DNA from: a virus
Taxonomy: Duplodnaviria; Caudoviricetes
Virus record (IMG/VR): IMGVR_UViG_3300029267_003445
Location: 1 to 62,107 of that record
Direction: 5' to 3' (one strand)
DNA: 62,107 nucleotides
Part shown: in pieces, positions 35,787 to 44,401 of the stretch
Position numbering within the stretch: the first letter of the stretch is position 1
How the letters are laid out: every line of letters starts with the position of its first letter
The notes under the pieces: model-generated
What the model saw: the letters and a program-made list of their open reading frames with translations, nothing else
Databases searched by the model: none
Told to the model about the DNA's origin: nothing
Made by a program: the position numbers and the translations under genes

Positions 35787-37610
35787 ATGGCGAAAGTATT
35801 GTGGCTCTCGGAGTCTATGCAGATGCCGTCCGGGTTCGGGCAACAAACGAAACTCGTTTGCGAAGGATTGGCAAAGCAGGGGCATGATGTGACGGTAATA
35901 TGTCAGGCCGGGCCGAAGTTCAAGGGTAAGCTTCCGCCGAACTTGCGGGAGTGGCGTTTTGATTGTATCTATGACGTTGCACTTGTGGAGCGATTGGCGG
36001 AGAAGCTTCGCCCGGACGTAGTGGTGATTTTCTGGTGCCTGACCATCAATAACATGATGCTTCAAGTGCCGACCGTACCCGCGAACGCGGAATTGTGCGT
36101 GTGGATGCCGTGGGAAGGAACGTCCTTGCCCGAGGGGCACGAGGCGTTGAGTTGCGTGCCCCCTGGTCGGTTCGTGCACTTGTCTCAGTATTCGCAGAAG
36201 CTCTGGTCGCCGTCGGTGGAGTCGAATGTCATAATACCGCACGGGGTTGCGACGGATGAGTTTGAGTATATGTCACATAAACGGCGATCACAGGCGCGGA
36301 AAGAACTGAGAGCGGTGTGGGGACGCCGGTTGCGGCACTCTTTTTCGGAGAGCGATATAATCTTGTTGAACGTGGATCGTAACACCCATCACAAGATGTG
36401 GGACGCCACCTTTGACATCGCCCGCCGTGTAAAGCGGGAGGGACATGACGTGGTGCTAGTGGCACACACGCGCCGCGGGGCCGGGGCAACGATTGAGGGG
36501 CGTCGGTCAGGTGAGATTGGGTATGATTTACCCAAGATGGAGAAACTGTACGGCTTGGAGGGCGACGTATGCTACACCGATTTTGATTGGGGCAACGGCA
36601 TGACCCGCCGCGACCTCGCCGGGCTATACCACCTCTGTGATTTTCGCATCTCGACTTCGCTCGGGGAGGGTTTTGGCATTCCCACGGCGGAGGCGGCGGC
36701 GTGCGGTACCCCGCAGATTTTGAATGCCACCACCACCCTCCCCGAAGTGGTGGGCGACCCCGACTCCCCCTGGTTGGTGCCTCCGAGTACCCTAATCTCG
36801 CGGTCTAACGACCTTTGGGGCATGCCGGACGCGGCGGCAATGGCGCAGAGGCTCTTAGAGCTGGTAAATGCTCCGTCTCGCGTCGCTACGGCGGCTCAAA
36901 AGGCCAAGAGGCATTGTTGCGCCGAGTTTGCCGAGCCTCGCGTACAATCGCTCTGGGGGGCTTATATTCAAGAGCTGGCGAGCGGACGCGCCATCGGTAG
37001 GGCCGGGTTGGAGGGCAGCAAGAAAGGGTCCGACCTTTGGTACGCACATCGGCGGGGGTGGGGGTACCGGCAGAAGGCGCTCGCTACGTTGGCGGCGGCA
37101 GTGGAGACGGTGAAGCGGCTTGTGGGGCCGGGGACCGTGTTGGAGGTGGGGAGTTTCGACGGTGTGTTTTTGGAAATGGCGTTGGAGCACAATATCGACA
37201 TCACGGGCATCGAGCCTGATCCCCGGTCCCGGGAGCGTTGCACGGAGCGGGCGCGCACGTTTCTCGAATCTGCGTCAATCGGATATAATGATGTTTGGCC
37301 CGAGGCCGCTTGTGTTGTGGCGACGGATATTTGGGATTTGGTTACCTCTGCCGCGACTCAAAACGTGCTTGACCATATCGCAGCCTACGAGTGGGCGGTG
37401 TTGCGGTTTCAGCGGAGCGGCGTGTGGGGGCGGGGCCGGGTTTCGGCGGAGTTGTGTCGGGCGCGTTTGAAGGACCGCGGCATGACTCGTCGGGAAGACT
37501 TGGAGCGTATGATACGAAAGAATTTTGCCGAGCATTTAGAGCACGAAATTTGGATGCGCGGTTCCGATACATCTAATATCCCCGCTGGGGTACGCACGGG
37601 AGGAAAGTAA
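35787..37610 (+). CDS. GT4 glycosyltransferase fused to a SAM-methyltransferase-like domain
   Basis: PSGFG, IPHGV, VDRNTHHK, STSLGEGFGIPTAEAAACGTP; C-terminal VLEVGSFDG, GIEP. Confidence 0.85.
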   Translation: MAKVLWLSESMQMPSGFGQQTKLVCEGLAKQGHDVTVICQAGPKFKGKLPPNLREWRFDCIYDVALVERLAEKLRPDVVVIFWCLTINNMMLQVPTVPANAELCVWMPWEGTSLPEGHEALSCVPPGRFVHLSQYSQKLWSPSVESNVIIPHGVATDEFEYMSHKRRSQARKELRAVWGRRLRHSFSESDIILLNVDRNTHHKMWDATFDIARRVKREGHDVVLVAHTRRGAGATIEGRRSGEIGYDLPKMEKLYGLEGDVCYTDFDWGNGMTRRDLAGLYHLCDFRISTSLGEGFGIPTAEAAACGTPQILNATTTLPEVVGDPDSPWLVPPSTLISRSNDLWGMPDAAAMAQRLLELVNAPSRVATAAQKAKRHCCAEFAEPRVQSLWGAYIQELASGRAIGRAGLEGSKKGSDLWYAHRRGWGYRQKALATLAAAVETVKRLVGPGTVLEVGSFDGVFLEMALEHNIDITGIEPDPRSRERCTERARTFLESASIGYNDVWPEAACVVATDIWDLVTSAATQNVLDHIAAYEWAVLRFQRSGVWGRGRVSAELCRARLKDRGMTRREDLERMIRKNFAEHLEHEIWMRGSDTSNIPAGVRTGGK

Positions 37611-38200
37611 TGTCTACACGTGAGATTCTACAAGTCAATGGGACGCAACTGCTGTTCGCGGATGCTGTCGATTTTCCAAACGCGGGCGCGGGTCCACCGA
37701 CAACGGCGGCAAACGACATTCGCATCACATCTCCAGACACCCCCACGAAAGTTCAACTGGACTTGACGGGAATCGCGGCGGCTGCGGCGAGGCAGTCAAC
37801 GAAAACGGCGGACCTTGGTTCGGCGTGGGCGGCGGAGTGGCTGTTGGGGGCGTGCATTGAGTGGGAGGCGGCTCCAACGGCGGGTGGAACAGTTGACTTC
37901 TATTGGGCGGGCTCCCCGTCATCCACGGCTGCGACTGGTAACCCCGGCAACGCGTCGGGGGCGGATGCTGCGTTCACGGTAGCGGGGTTGACGCAATTGC
38001 TCCTCATCGGTTCTATGACCGTTCTCAATCAGGTGGTCAACATTGATACCGACATCGCGCGGTTTTGGATGCCGTACCGATACGGTTCCTTGGTTGTGGT
38101 AAACAGCACGGACGCAGCATTTCGATCTACGGCGACGGCAATGGACGAAACGCATATCACTCTTACACCACTCATCCCCGACATTCAGGCAGCGGCGTAA
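37610..38200 (+). CDS. Hypothetical beta-rich virion protein
   Basis: TAATG coupling, GGAGG RBS, Ala/Thr-rich. Confidence 0.7.
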   Translation: MSTREILQVNGTQLLFADAVDFPNAGAGPPTTAANDIRITSPDTPTKVQLDLTGIAAAAARQSTKTADLGSAWAAEWLLGACIEWEAAPTAGGTVDFYWAGSPSSTAATGNPGNASGADAAFTVAGLTQLLLIGSMTVLNQVVNIDTDIARFWMPYRYGSLVVVNSTDAAFRSTATAMDETHITLTPLIPDIQAAA

Positions 38201-38201
38201 G

Positions 38202-39755
38202 ATGAAACACGGTCTGGCGATACCTTCGTATAAAGGACGATTTGCGCCGCGGGACGGCTTGCCGCGGTATCCAAACCTCTGGCGAGGGCTTGTCGGGGCA
38301 TGGTATCCGACATTGGGACCGACCGGGTTGACATTGCGAGATTGGAGCGGGCGGGGCAATCACGGGACGCTGACAAATATGGCCCCGGCGACGGATTGGT
38401 TCGTCGGTCAGGTGGGCCACGGGCTCGACTTCGACGGTTCCGATGATCGCGTCAACTGCGGAAACAATACGCTTTTCAACTTTTCAGGTCCGTTTTCTTT
38501 TGTGGTATTGTTTGAGCACACCGAAGTCAACACCTTTGTTGGGCTTCTCTCAAAAGCGGACGCCGTAGACTGGGGCAACAATGCCGGGTGGCATTGTGGA
38601 ATAGGAGACGCGGGCGAGTGGTGGATGACACTAGGCGACGGCGCGGCTCGTAAGAAAATTGCGACGACCGCATGGGGATCGATGAGTGGCGAATTATGGT
38701 CTTATGCTGGGGTCTGGGACGGTCCCGGTCATAGCGGTCGGCTGTACCGCGACGGCGTTGAAGCGCCTACGTATAGCTACCAAGAAACATCCGCAAACCT
38801 CACAGCGGGGGCCGCCGACCTCATCATCGGTGGTTACTATGACCTAGCACCGCGGCGATGCATCGCTGCGAAAATATATGCCGTACTTCTTTATCCCCGG
38901 GTTCTCGCTCCCGCCGAGCTTCAACACCTCTACCGCGACCCGTTCGCACCGCTGCGATTAAGACAGCGGAGGTGGAGGGACCCGGACCGTATCTGGGGAG
39001 GAGGAACCGGCCCGGTCGATGGCTTGTTTGCGACGGGGATAAATTGGTCGGGGGACACTGCGCCGGGCGGGGATGACGAGGTGACTTTTGACGCTACGGA
39101 CGTGACCGATTGCGATGTAAACGCGGACGCCTCGGGTACCGCGGCGCTTGCAACGCTAGAGGCCGCGGCGGGGTACACGGGACACCTTGACGGTTCTTTG
39201 CATGACAAGGACGTGACCGTGTTAGGAGCTATGACGCTGGATTGTACGGAGTGGTCGGTGGGCGGCGGCGAGTGGAGAGTGGGCGGGGACTTTGACTGTG
39301 CTGACGTGGGCACGGTAAATCCCAATCGCGGAACAGTGACATTTGACGGGGCGGGAAATCAATCCGTTGATTTAGGTGCCCTCACATTGCCGAATCTTCG
39401 TAGTGAAAAAAGTGGCGGTGTCCTTACGTTCGTGGACGGGTGGACGGCGACGAGCTTTGTTGCCACGATAGGCGGCACGATAAATTTCAATCAACAGACC
39501 GTAGAGACAACCGGCCCGTTGTCCATTACACCTCCAGTACAAGTTTCGGGCGGGGGAGATTTAGACAGCGTGAGCATCACATGCGGTGGGTTGCTCACGC
39601 TTAAAGGGGCGGCGGGTGCTTTGCTCGATTTGGATGCGACGGGGACATGGACGCTAGATGCAAACGGTAGAACGGATGTAGCCTATGTAAGCGTGTCGGA
39701 GTGTGATGCGTCCGGTGGTAATACGATATACGCTCGCAACTCGGACAATAATTAG
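38202..39755 (+). CDS. LamG-domain protein with a beta-helix-like C-terminus
   Basis: GLVGAW...DWSGRGNHGTL, LDFDGSDDRV, LYRDG, LYPRVL; then G/T/D-rich repeats. Confidence 0.8.
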   Translation: MKHGLAIPSYKGRFAPRDGLPRYPNLWRGLVGAWYPTLGPTGLTLRDWSGRGNHGTLTNMAPATDWFVGQVGHGLDFDGSDDRVNCGNNTLFNFSGPFSFVVLFEHTEVNTFVGLLSKADAVDWGNNAGWHCGIGDAGEWWMTLGDGAARKKIATTAWGSMSGELWSYAGVWDGPGHSGRLYRDGVEAPTYSYQETSANLTAGAADLIIGGYYDLAPRRCIAAKIYAVLLYPRVLAPAELQHLYRDPFAPLRLRQRRWRDPDRIWGGGTGPVDGLFATGINWSGDTAPGGDDEVTFDATDVTDCDVNADASGTAALATLEAAAGYTGHLDGSLHDKDVTVLGAMTLDCTEWSVGGGEWRVGGDFDCADVGTVNPNRGTVTFDGAGNQSVDLGALTLPNLRSEKSGGVLTFVDGWTATSFVATIGGTINFNQQTVETTGPLSITPPVQVSGGGDLDSVSITCGGLLTLKGAAGALLDLDATGTWTLDANGRTDVAYVSVSECDASGGNTIYARNSDNN

Positions 39756-39765
39756 GGACCCCACG

Positions 39766-41757
39766 ATGCCAAATGTGAATTGGAATTTCTATGCCGACAT
39801 GTACGCGGATTTGACCGAGTGGCAAGTTTCTTGCTTCTTGCGGTCTAGTTATAGTGCGACCGTGCATTTTACGGATGAGGGGGACCAGTGGACCGATGAT
39901 GCAGTGCTTGGCAAACCGATAGAGGTGTGGTTGGAAGCGTCGGCGGACCTGTTGGGGAACGTTCCCGCGGGGTGTTGGGAGGGGGATGTTCGATGGGTGT
40001 ACGGTCTGGTCAGCAATCGGGAAGACAATAATGTGGTGTCGGACCACACTGTTTCGCTGCGGGTTGTTTCGTTTGCGTCCCGGCTCAGCAATAAGCCAGC
40101 GAATACTGAGCGGCTGTCCGGCACGTGTAAGGAAGCGCTGGAGCTATTGGCCTCCCGGTACGGGGGCCTCCCGGCTGCGATGTACGACTTCACGGATTGC
40201 GGGGCGAACCCGATGCATGAAATTGTTGCGGGGAGCGACCTGTTGGGAGAGATGGGCCGAATTGCGGCGGCGGGGCGGTGTGATTTGTGTGTGCAACGAG
40301 ACGGGGTGTTGACCGCGGTCGCATGGAAAGATGCAAGTTCCGCCGTTGATACCGTAATCCCGCCGCAAGCCGTGGAGCAGGCGCGCCGGGTAAGTGCGGT
40401 TGAGGGGGCTGCGGGCGGCGTGCCGACGCGTATTCGTGTGCGGGGCAAGTACCGAACCGATTATGATTGCGGGGAGGTGGACTTTACCAAATCGCAACTC
40501 CCGTCAACGAGCACTCCGGCAGGGGGCGGGAACCAGCCTACGCGGGGCGCTGCGCAAAAGTGCATCATGACCGGCAAGGGCACCCCGGCAATCATTGCAA
40601 AACAGGCAGCGGACGGCAACGGGGAGGACATTGATAATTCCGATGTACAGACCTCGTGGGGGTCCGCGAAACTGGTTGGGGAGGGGGGAGAGAGTTCGCC
40701 GCCCGGGTTCTTTCAAACACAAATCACCGGCCCTGATGATTACGTCCCCGCGGGAGAGCAGTCTGTTACCGTTGAGAGGCAGGGCAGAAAGCACCCGATG
40801 GCGGAGATAGAGGCGGCGGTCGCAAAATACGAGAGGCTCGCACAAGAGCGGGAGGCAGAGGCGCAGGGGCAAGAGAGCATGACGCGGCGGCTGGGAGCCA
40901 AGCCGGGCGGGCGGGGCGTTGGCGGCGTCTCAGGCGGCTTCGCGGGGTTCGCTCCATGGGGCGGCGGTAGTCCCGATCACAACACGGACGAGCCCGAGGC
41001 AACGCAGATTGAGCTGGTATTGGAGGACCCCGATTTGATGGCGTTGTACGGGGTGATTGACGAGGATATTTGGAACCCGTACGTGAGCAATCTGGATACG
41101 CTGTTTGAGATAGCGGTTCGGCGTTTCCAAGAAGCAAAAATGCTTGAGGACCAGTGGGACGTGCGGTGTGCATACCTGCCTTGTCTGCAACTGGGGGACG
41201 TGGTGACCTTTACGGTACCGCAAACACTGGAAGAGATTACGGGCGCGGTAACCGGCATCCGTCTAGGCTACGAGCCTTCGCCAAGTGCAACGATGGATTT
41301 GACGGTGGAGGCACTCACTTCGCTGGGGACTACGGAGTACGTGTCACCGAATTTGCTGGAGTGCTCTATTTTCCAAGGCGCGGCCGTGTCCACCGAGAAC
41401 GCGGTGTGGACTAAATCAGACAAGTGGTGTTGTCGGTGTGGAGACGGTCGCTTGAAGCTAGATGCGTCGTGCACAAATCCGGCCGACGCGTACGCGTATC
41501 AGGATATTTATTTGGGGGCTGGTGATTACGAGGCTCGCATTTTCAACGATAACGCGGGCGGCGGTGCGGCTGCGAAACTGATTCTCTACGATAGTAGTCT
41601 GGTTGAGATTGACAACGTGGATTTGCTCGGCGGGGAGTCGGAGGAGAAGGTGGAGTTCACACTAGTCGCCGCGGACACCGTGCGGTTTGAGATACGTGCA
41701 ACAATTGGCATCTGGTGGGTATGGAGGCCGACACTGGTGAAAGTCAAAACCGCTTAG
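39766..41757 (+). CDS. Tail hub/baseplate-like protein with C-terminal CBM-like domain; may be the continuation of the 38202 gene
   Basis: DLCVQRDGVL, RIRVRG, ALYGVI...NPYV, YLPCLQLGDVV (hub-like). Confidence 0.65.
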   Translation: MPNVNWNFYADMYADLTEWQVSCFLRSSYSATVHFTDEGDQWTDDAVLGKPIEVWLEASADLLGNVPAGCWEGDVRWVYGLVSNREDNNVVSDHTVSLRVVSFASRLSNKPANTERLSGTCKEALELLASRYGGLPAAMYDFTDCGANPMHEIVAGSDLLGEMGRIAAAGRCDLCVQRDGVLTAVAWKDASSAVDTVIPPQAVEQARRVSAVEGAAGGVPTRIRVRGKYRTDYDCGEVDFTKSQLPSTSTPAGGGNQPTRGAAQKCIMTGKGTPAIIAKQAADGNGEDIDNSDVQTSWGSAKLVGEGGESSPPGFFQTQITGPDDYVPAGEQSVTVERQGRKHPMAEIEAAVAKYERLAQEREAEAQGQESMTRRLGAKPGGRGVGGVSGGFAGFAPWGGGSPDHNTDEPEATQIELVLEDPDLMALYGVIDEDIWNPYVSNLDTLFEIAVRRFQEAKMLEDQWDVRCAYLPCLQLGDVVTFTVPQTLEEITGAVTGIRLGYEPSPSATMDLTVEALTSLGTTEYVSPNLLECSIFQGAAVSTENAVWTKSDKWCCRCGDGRLKLDASCTNPADAYAYQDIYLGAGDYEARIFNDNAGGGAAAKLILYDSSLVEIDNVDLLGGESEEKVEFTLVAADTVRFEIRATIGIWWVWRPTLVKVKTA

Positions 41758-41760
41758 CGC

Positions 41761-41789
41761 TTGCTCTTGGGCGAACCTTTTGCTATACT
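41761..41789 (+). promoter_or_regulatory. Promoter for the replication module
   Basis: TTGCTC-17 nt-TATACT with extended -10 TGC; AAGGAG RBS downstream. Confidence 0.75.
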
Positions 41790-41825
41790 TGGTGAAAAAT
41801 ATGCGCTTTTATCAAGGAGACTAAA

Positions 41826-42290
41826 ATGGATAACAGATGGCGGAGTGGTAACACAAATACAGTGGAGGTCGTTCCATCAGCGCCGATTGACCCCGGGACG
41901 CTCGTGTATTTATCTCGCGGTCAGGCGTGGCCGATGCAAGTGGACATGCAAGGGGCTCGCGGGGAGTGGGATTTGCAGAATGCGTGTCTTCTCACACATG
42001 AGCGGCTTCGGGCTTTCTTGGGGGTGGTAATGGCGACCACTCCCCGCAACATGCTTCGGGTGGCGACCACGGGCGTGTTCGAGTTCGATTGTATTGCCCT
42101 GAAGAAACGGCAAGCCGTGCGGGGCGGTGTGTTTGAGGTGGGGGATACTCTCGGTATAATTGGGGACCATACGTTGTGCTATTCGCCTCTTATTGAAACG
42201 GCGATTGCCCGGGTCGCGGTACGTTGCCCGTCACCGTCTCCCGCTGTTCACGCAAGTATTCGTAGTCGTGTCATGGGGTATTCCGTATGA
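41826..42290 (+). CDS. Capsid-cement/decoration-like protein (DUF2190-like), divergent
   Basis: RWRSGNTN.V, FLGV, RVATTGVFEFDC, FEVGD, AIARVA. Confidence 0.6.
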   Translation: MDNRWRSGNTNTVEVVPSAPIDPGTLVYLSRGQAWPMQVDMQGARGEWDLQNACLLTHERLRAFLGVVMATTPRNMLRVATTGVFEFDCIALKKRQAVRGGVFEVGDTLGIIGDHTLCYSPLIETAIARVAVRCPSPSPAVHASIRSRVMGYSV

Positions 42291-43123
42291 ACCGGGACCT
42301 TGCAAAAGTATTTCATAGCGAGCAGGCCAAATCCCTATCGCCTACCTCTATCCTCGTGTATTGCCTGATGCTCACAGATGTATTTGCGCAATACTCCCCC
42401 GGTGCACGTGCGTGCAAGGGCTCGGGAATGCTTATCTCCGATATTGGGCGGCGGGAGCTGGAGATGCGGTGTGGCGGCGGGGAAGGGACCAGGAGGTTAC
42501 CGTATGCCCTCCGCGCATTGATTGAGGCGGGGTGGATAAAAGAGGTTTCCGGGGGTCGGTATTCTTTGGGGGAGACGAAAGACGGGTTGCAATGGTATGC
42601 TCTGGGGGAGAAGAAAACACCGCGGACTGCCGGAGCCGAGAAGGTACTTGCGGCGGCTCGTCGGGGAGCGGAGAGGCTCGCTAAGGAGGCGAAAGAAGCG
42701 CGGAAGCGGCGAGCGGCGTGGCCGCGGCGGCGAGCGGCGCGGGAGGAGTTGAAAACCCCGGCCCTTTCCGTGTTTCTGAGTCATCGTTTCCGGGAGCTGT
42801 TCGGGGCAACGTTCAAAACAACTCCCAGCGACCTACCGACTCGCAAGATGCAGAATATTTACATGCATCAATTCTCAAAATACTTGGATGAAAACGAGGA
42901 GGAGTGCGAGGCGTTCCTTGTGTGGTTCTTCACGCGATGGGACGACATCTGTACGGCATGGGGGATAGTCGGGCATCGCCCCCGGATGCGATTGCTTGCG
43001 AGTAAAAGGATGGTTCAGCAATTGCAAAAGTGGCGAACGTCTGGTTTTAAGGCGCGGGAGTCCGTTGTGGCTGATCGGGCGGATGCGGAAAAGATTACGG
43101 CGGCAAAGGACAGGGGGTGGTGA
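42287..43123 (+). CDS. Putative replication initiator (winged-helix N-terminus)
   Basis: LSPTSILVY...ALRALIEAGWIKE; upstream of DnaC-like and DnaB genes. Confidence 0.55.
   Translation: MNRDLAKVFHSEQAKSLSPTSILVYCLMLTDVFAQYSPGARACKGSGMLISDIGRRELEMRCGGGEGTRRLPYALRALIEAGWIKEVSGGRYSLGETKDGLQWYALGEKKTPRTAGAEKVLAAARRGAERLAKEAKEARKRRAAWPRRRAAREELKTPALSVFLSHRFRELFGATFKTTPSDLPTRKMQNIYMHQFSKYLDENEEECEAFLVWFFTRWDDICTAWGIVGHRPRMRLLASKRMVQQLQKWRTSGFKARESVVADRADAEKITAAKDRGW
42403..42416. promoter_or_regulatory. Palindromic box copy 6 (intragenic)
   Basis: TGCACGTGCGTGCA. Confidence 0.75.
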
Positions 43124-43851
43124 TGGCGGTATGGTATGCATCCCCTTATTTTTGTGAGGAGGCGCTAGTCCGGGCGCGGCATCTGTATCTAGGTGAGGCG
43201 GTGTCTGTTTTCGTGTGGGGCGAGAGTGACGTGACCACGCAAGGGGACCCAAATCCTTACCATTTTCCCGAGAGCGAAAAAGAAGCTAACGTGCTGACGT
43301 TGCGGGTGCCCCAAATCAGCGAGGACCCGCGGGAGCAGGAGGACCTGACATTTCAAACGTGGGCGACGTATGTTGCCGCGCAGTGTCAGGATGAGGACTT
43401 GATAATTTTATCGGACGCGGACGAGCTGATTCGCCGGGAGGCAATAACGCAAGCGAACGAGCAGTGCGTGACTTATTTGACCCTCCAACAATATTATTTT
43501 TGTTACCATCCCTCCTATCTACGGCAAGTGAGTTGGAGGTGCGCTAAAGTCTTTCGGGGCCGTTTTTTAAAATCGCTCCTCCGGCAGGGGGTTCTTCTGC
43601 ACGTGTTTCGACACCTGAAATACGAACACCCGTTGCGGGATGCGGGGTGGCACTTGACAAATTTCGGCGGCTCGGAAATGGTGGCGGTAAAGCATCGCAG
43701 TTTTCGGCACGCGAAGGAAAACCGGCTGTCCTATGAGGAGGGGATGCGCACGATGAAGACCCCGGCGGGGCATCCGCTTGTTCGTGTAAATCCGCTGGAT
43801 TATTTCCCCTCGAACCTATTAGACCTGTTGGAGGTGGGGTATGCTCACTGA
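43117..43851 (+). CDS. GT17 (MGAT3-like) glycosyltransferase
   Basis: ESDVTTQG, DLIILSDADELI, AGWHLTNFGG. Confidence 0.75.
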   Translation: MVMAVWYASPYFCEEALVRARHLYLGEAVSVFVWGESDVTTQGDPNPYHFPESEKEANVLTLRVPQISEDPREQEDLTFQTWATYVAAQCQDEDLIILSDADELIRREAITQANEQCVTYLTLQQYYFCYHPSYLRQVSWRCAKVFRGRFLKSLLRQGVLLHVFRHLKYEHPLRDAGWHLTNFGGSEMVAVKHRSFRHAKENRLSYEEGMRTMKTPAGHPLVRVNPLDYFPSNLLDLLEVGYAH

Positions 43852-44401
43852 GGCACATCTTCAGTATATGGGAATCCCTCAAGCGCACTGGCGTGCAACG
43901 TTGGCACAGATTCCTGTCCATTGTGCGCACGCGGACTTCTTTGCGGAGTACGTTGACAACATTGTAGCGAATGTGAAAAAGCCGCGGGGGTTGTATTTGT
44001 TTGGATTTTGCAGCATGGGAAAAAGCGCATGCGCGGCGATTGCGTTGAAGGCCGCGGCGGCGCATGAGGTGTATGGATTTTGGATAAACGCGAAGACTGT
44101 TGCCTCGCATGTTATTCAGGAAACGGAATGGCGGGATGGGCGTACGACATACGATTTCTGTTTGCAGTCCCCGTTACTGGTGATTGATGAGGTCCAATTG
44201 CGCGGGGACTCCCGTTTCACTGAAACTATTATTGAGGATTTGGTTCGGTCACGGGTGGACGATATGCTATGCACAATTATCACAAGTAATCATACGCCCG
44301 AAGTGCTGAAAGAAAGATATGCGTCGCTTGGCTCCGTTCTTATGGAGGCGGTCTTGCCGCTAAAAGTAGATGGGCACAATTTTCGGGAGGGCATGGTGTG
44401 A
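43841..44401 (+). CDS. DnaC/IstB-like helicase loader ATPase
   Basis: GIP, GLYLFGFCSMGKS, LLVIDEV, TIITSN, VDGHNFR. Confidence 0.85.
   Translation: MLTEAHLQYMGIPQAHWRATLAQIPVHCAHADFFAEYVDNIVANVKKPRGLYLFGFCSMGKSACAAIALKAAAAHEVYGFWINAKTVASHVIQETEWRDGRTTYDFCLQSPLLVIDEVQLRGDSRFTETIIEDLVRSRVDDMLCTIITSNHTPEVLKERYASLGSVLMEAVLPLKVDGHNFREGMV

Noticed and set aside
39753-39850. Amber readthrough or genome-wide TAG recoding
   Set aside because: The in-frame readthrough closes again after about 30 codons with no motif, and TAG ends many clear genes (protease, capsid).
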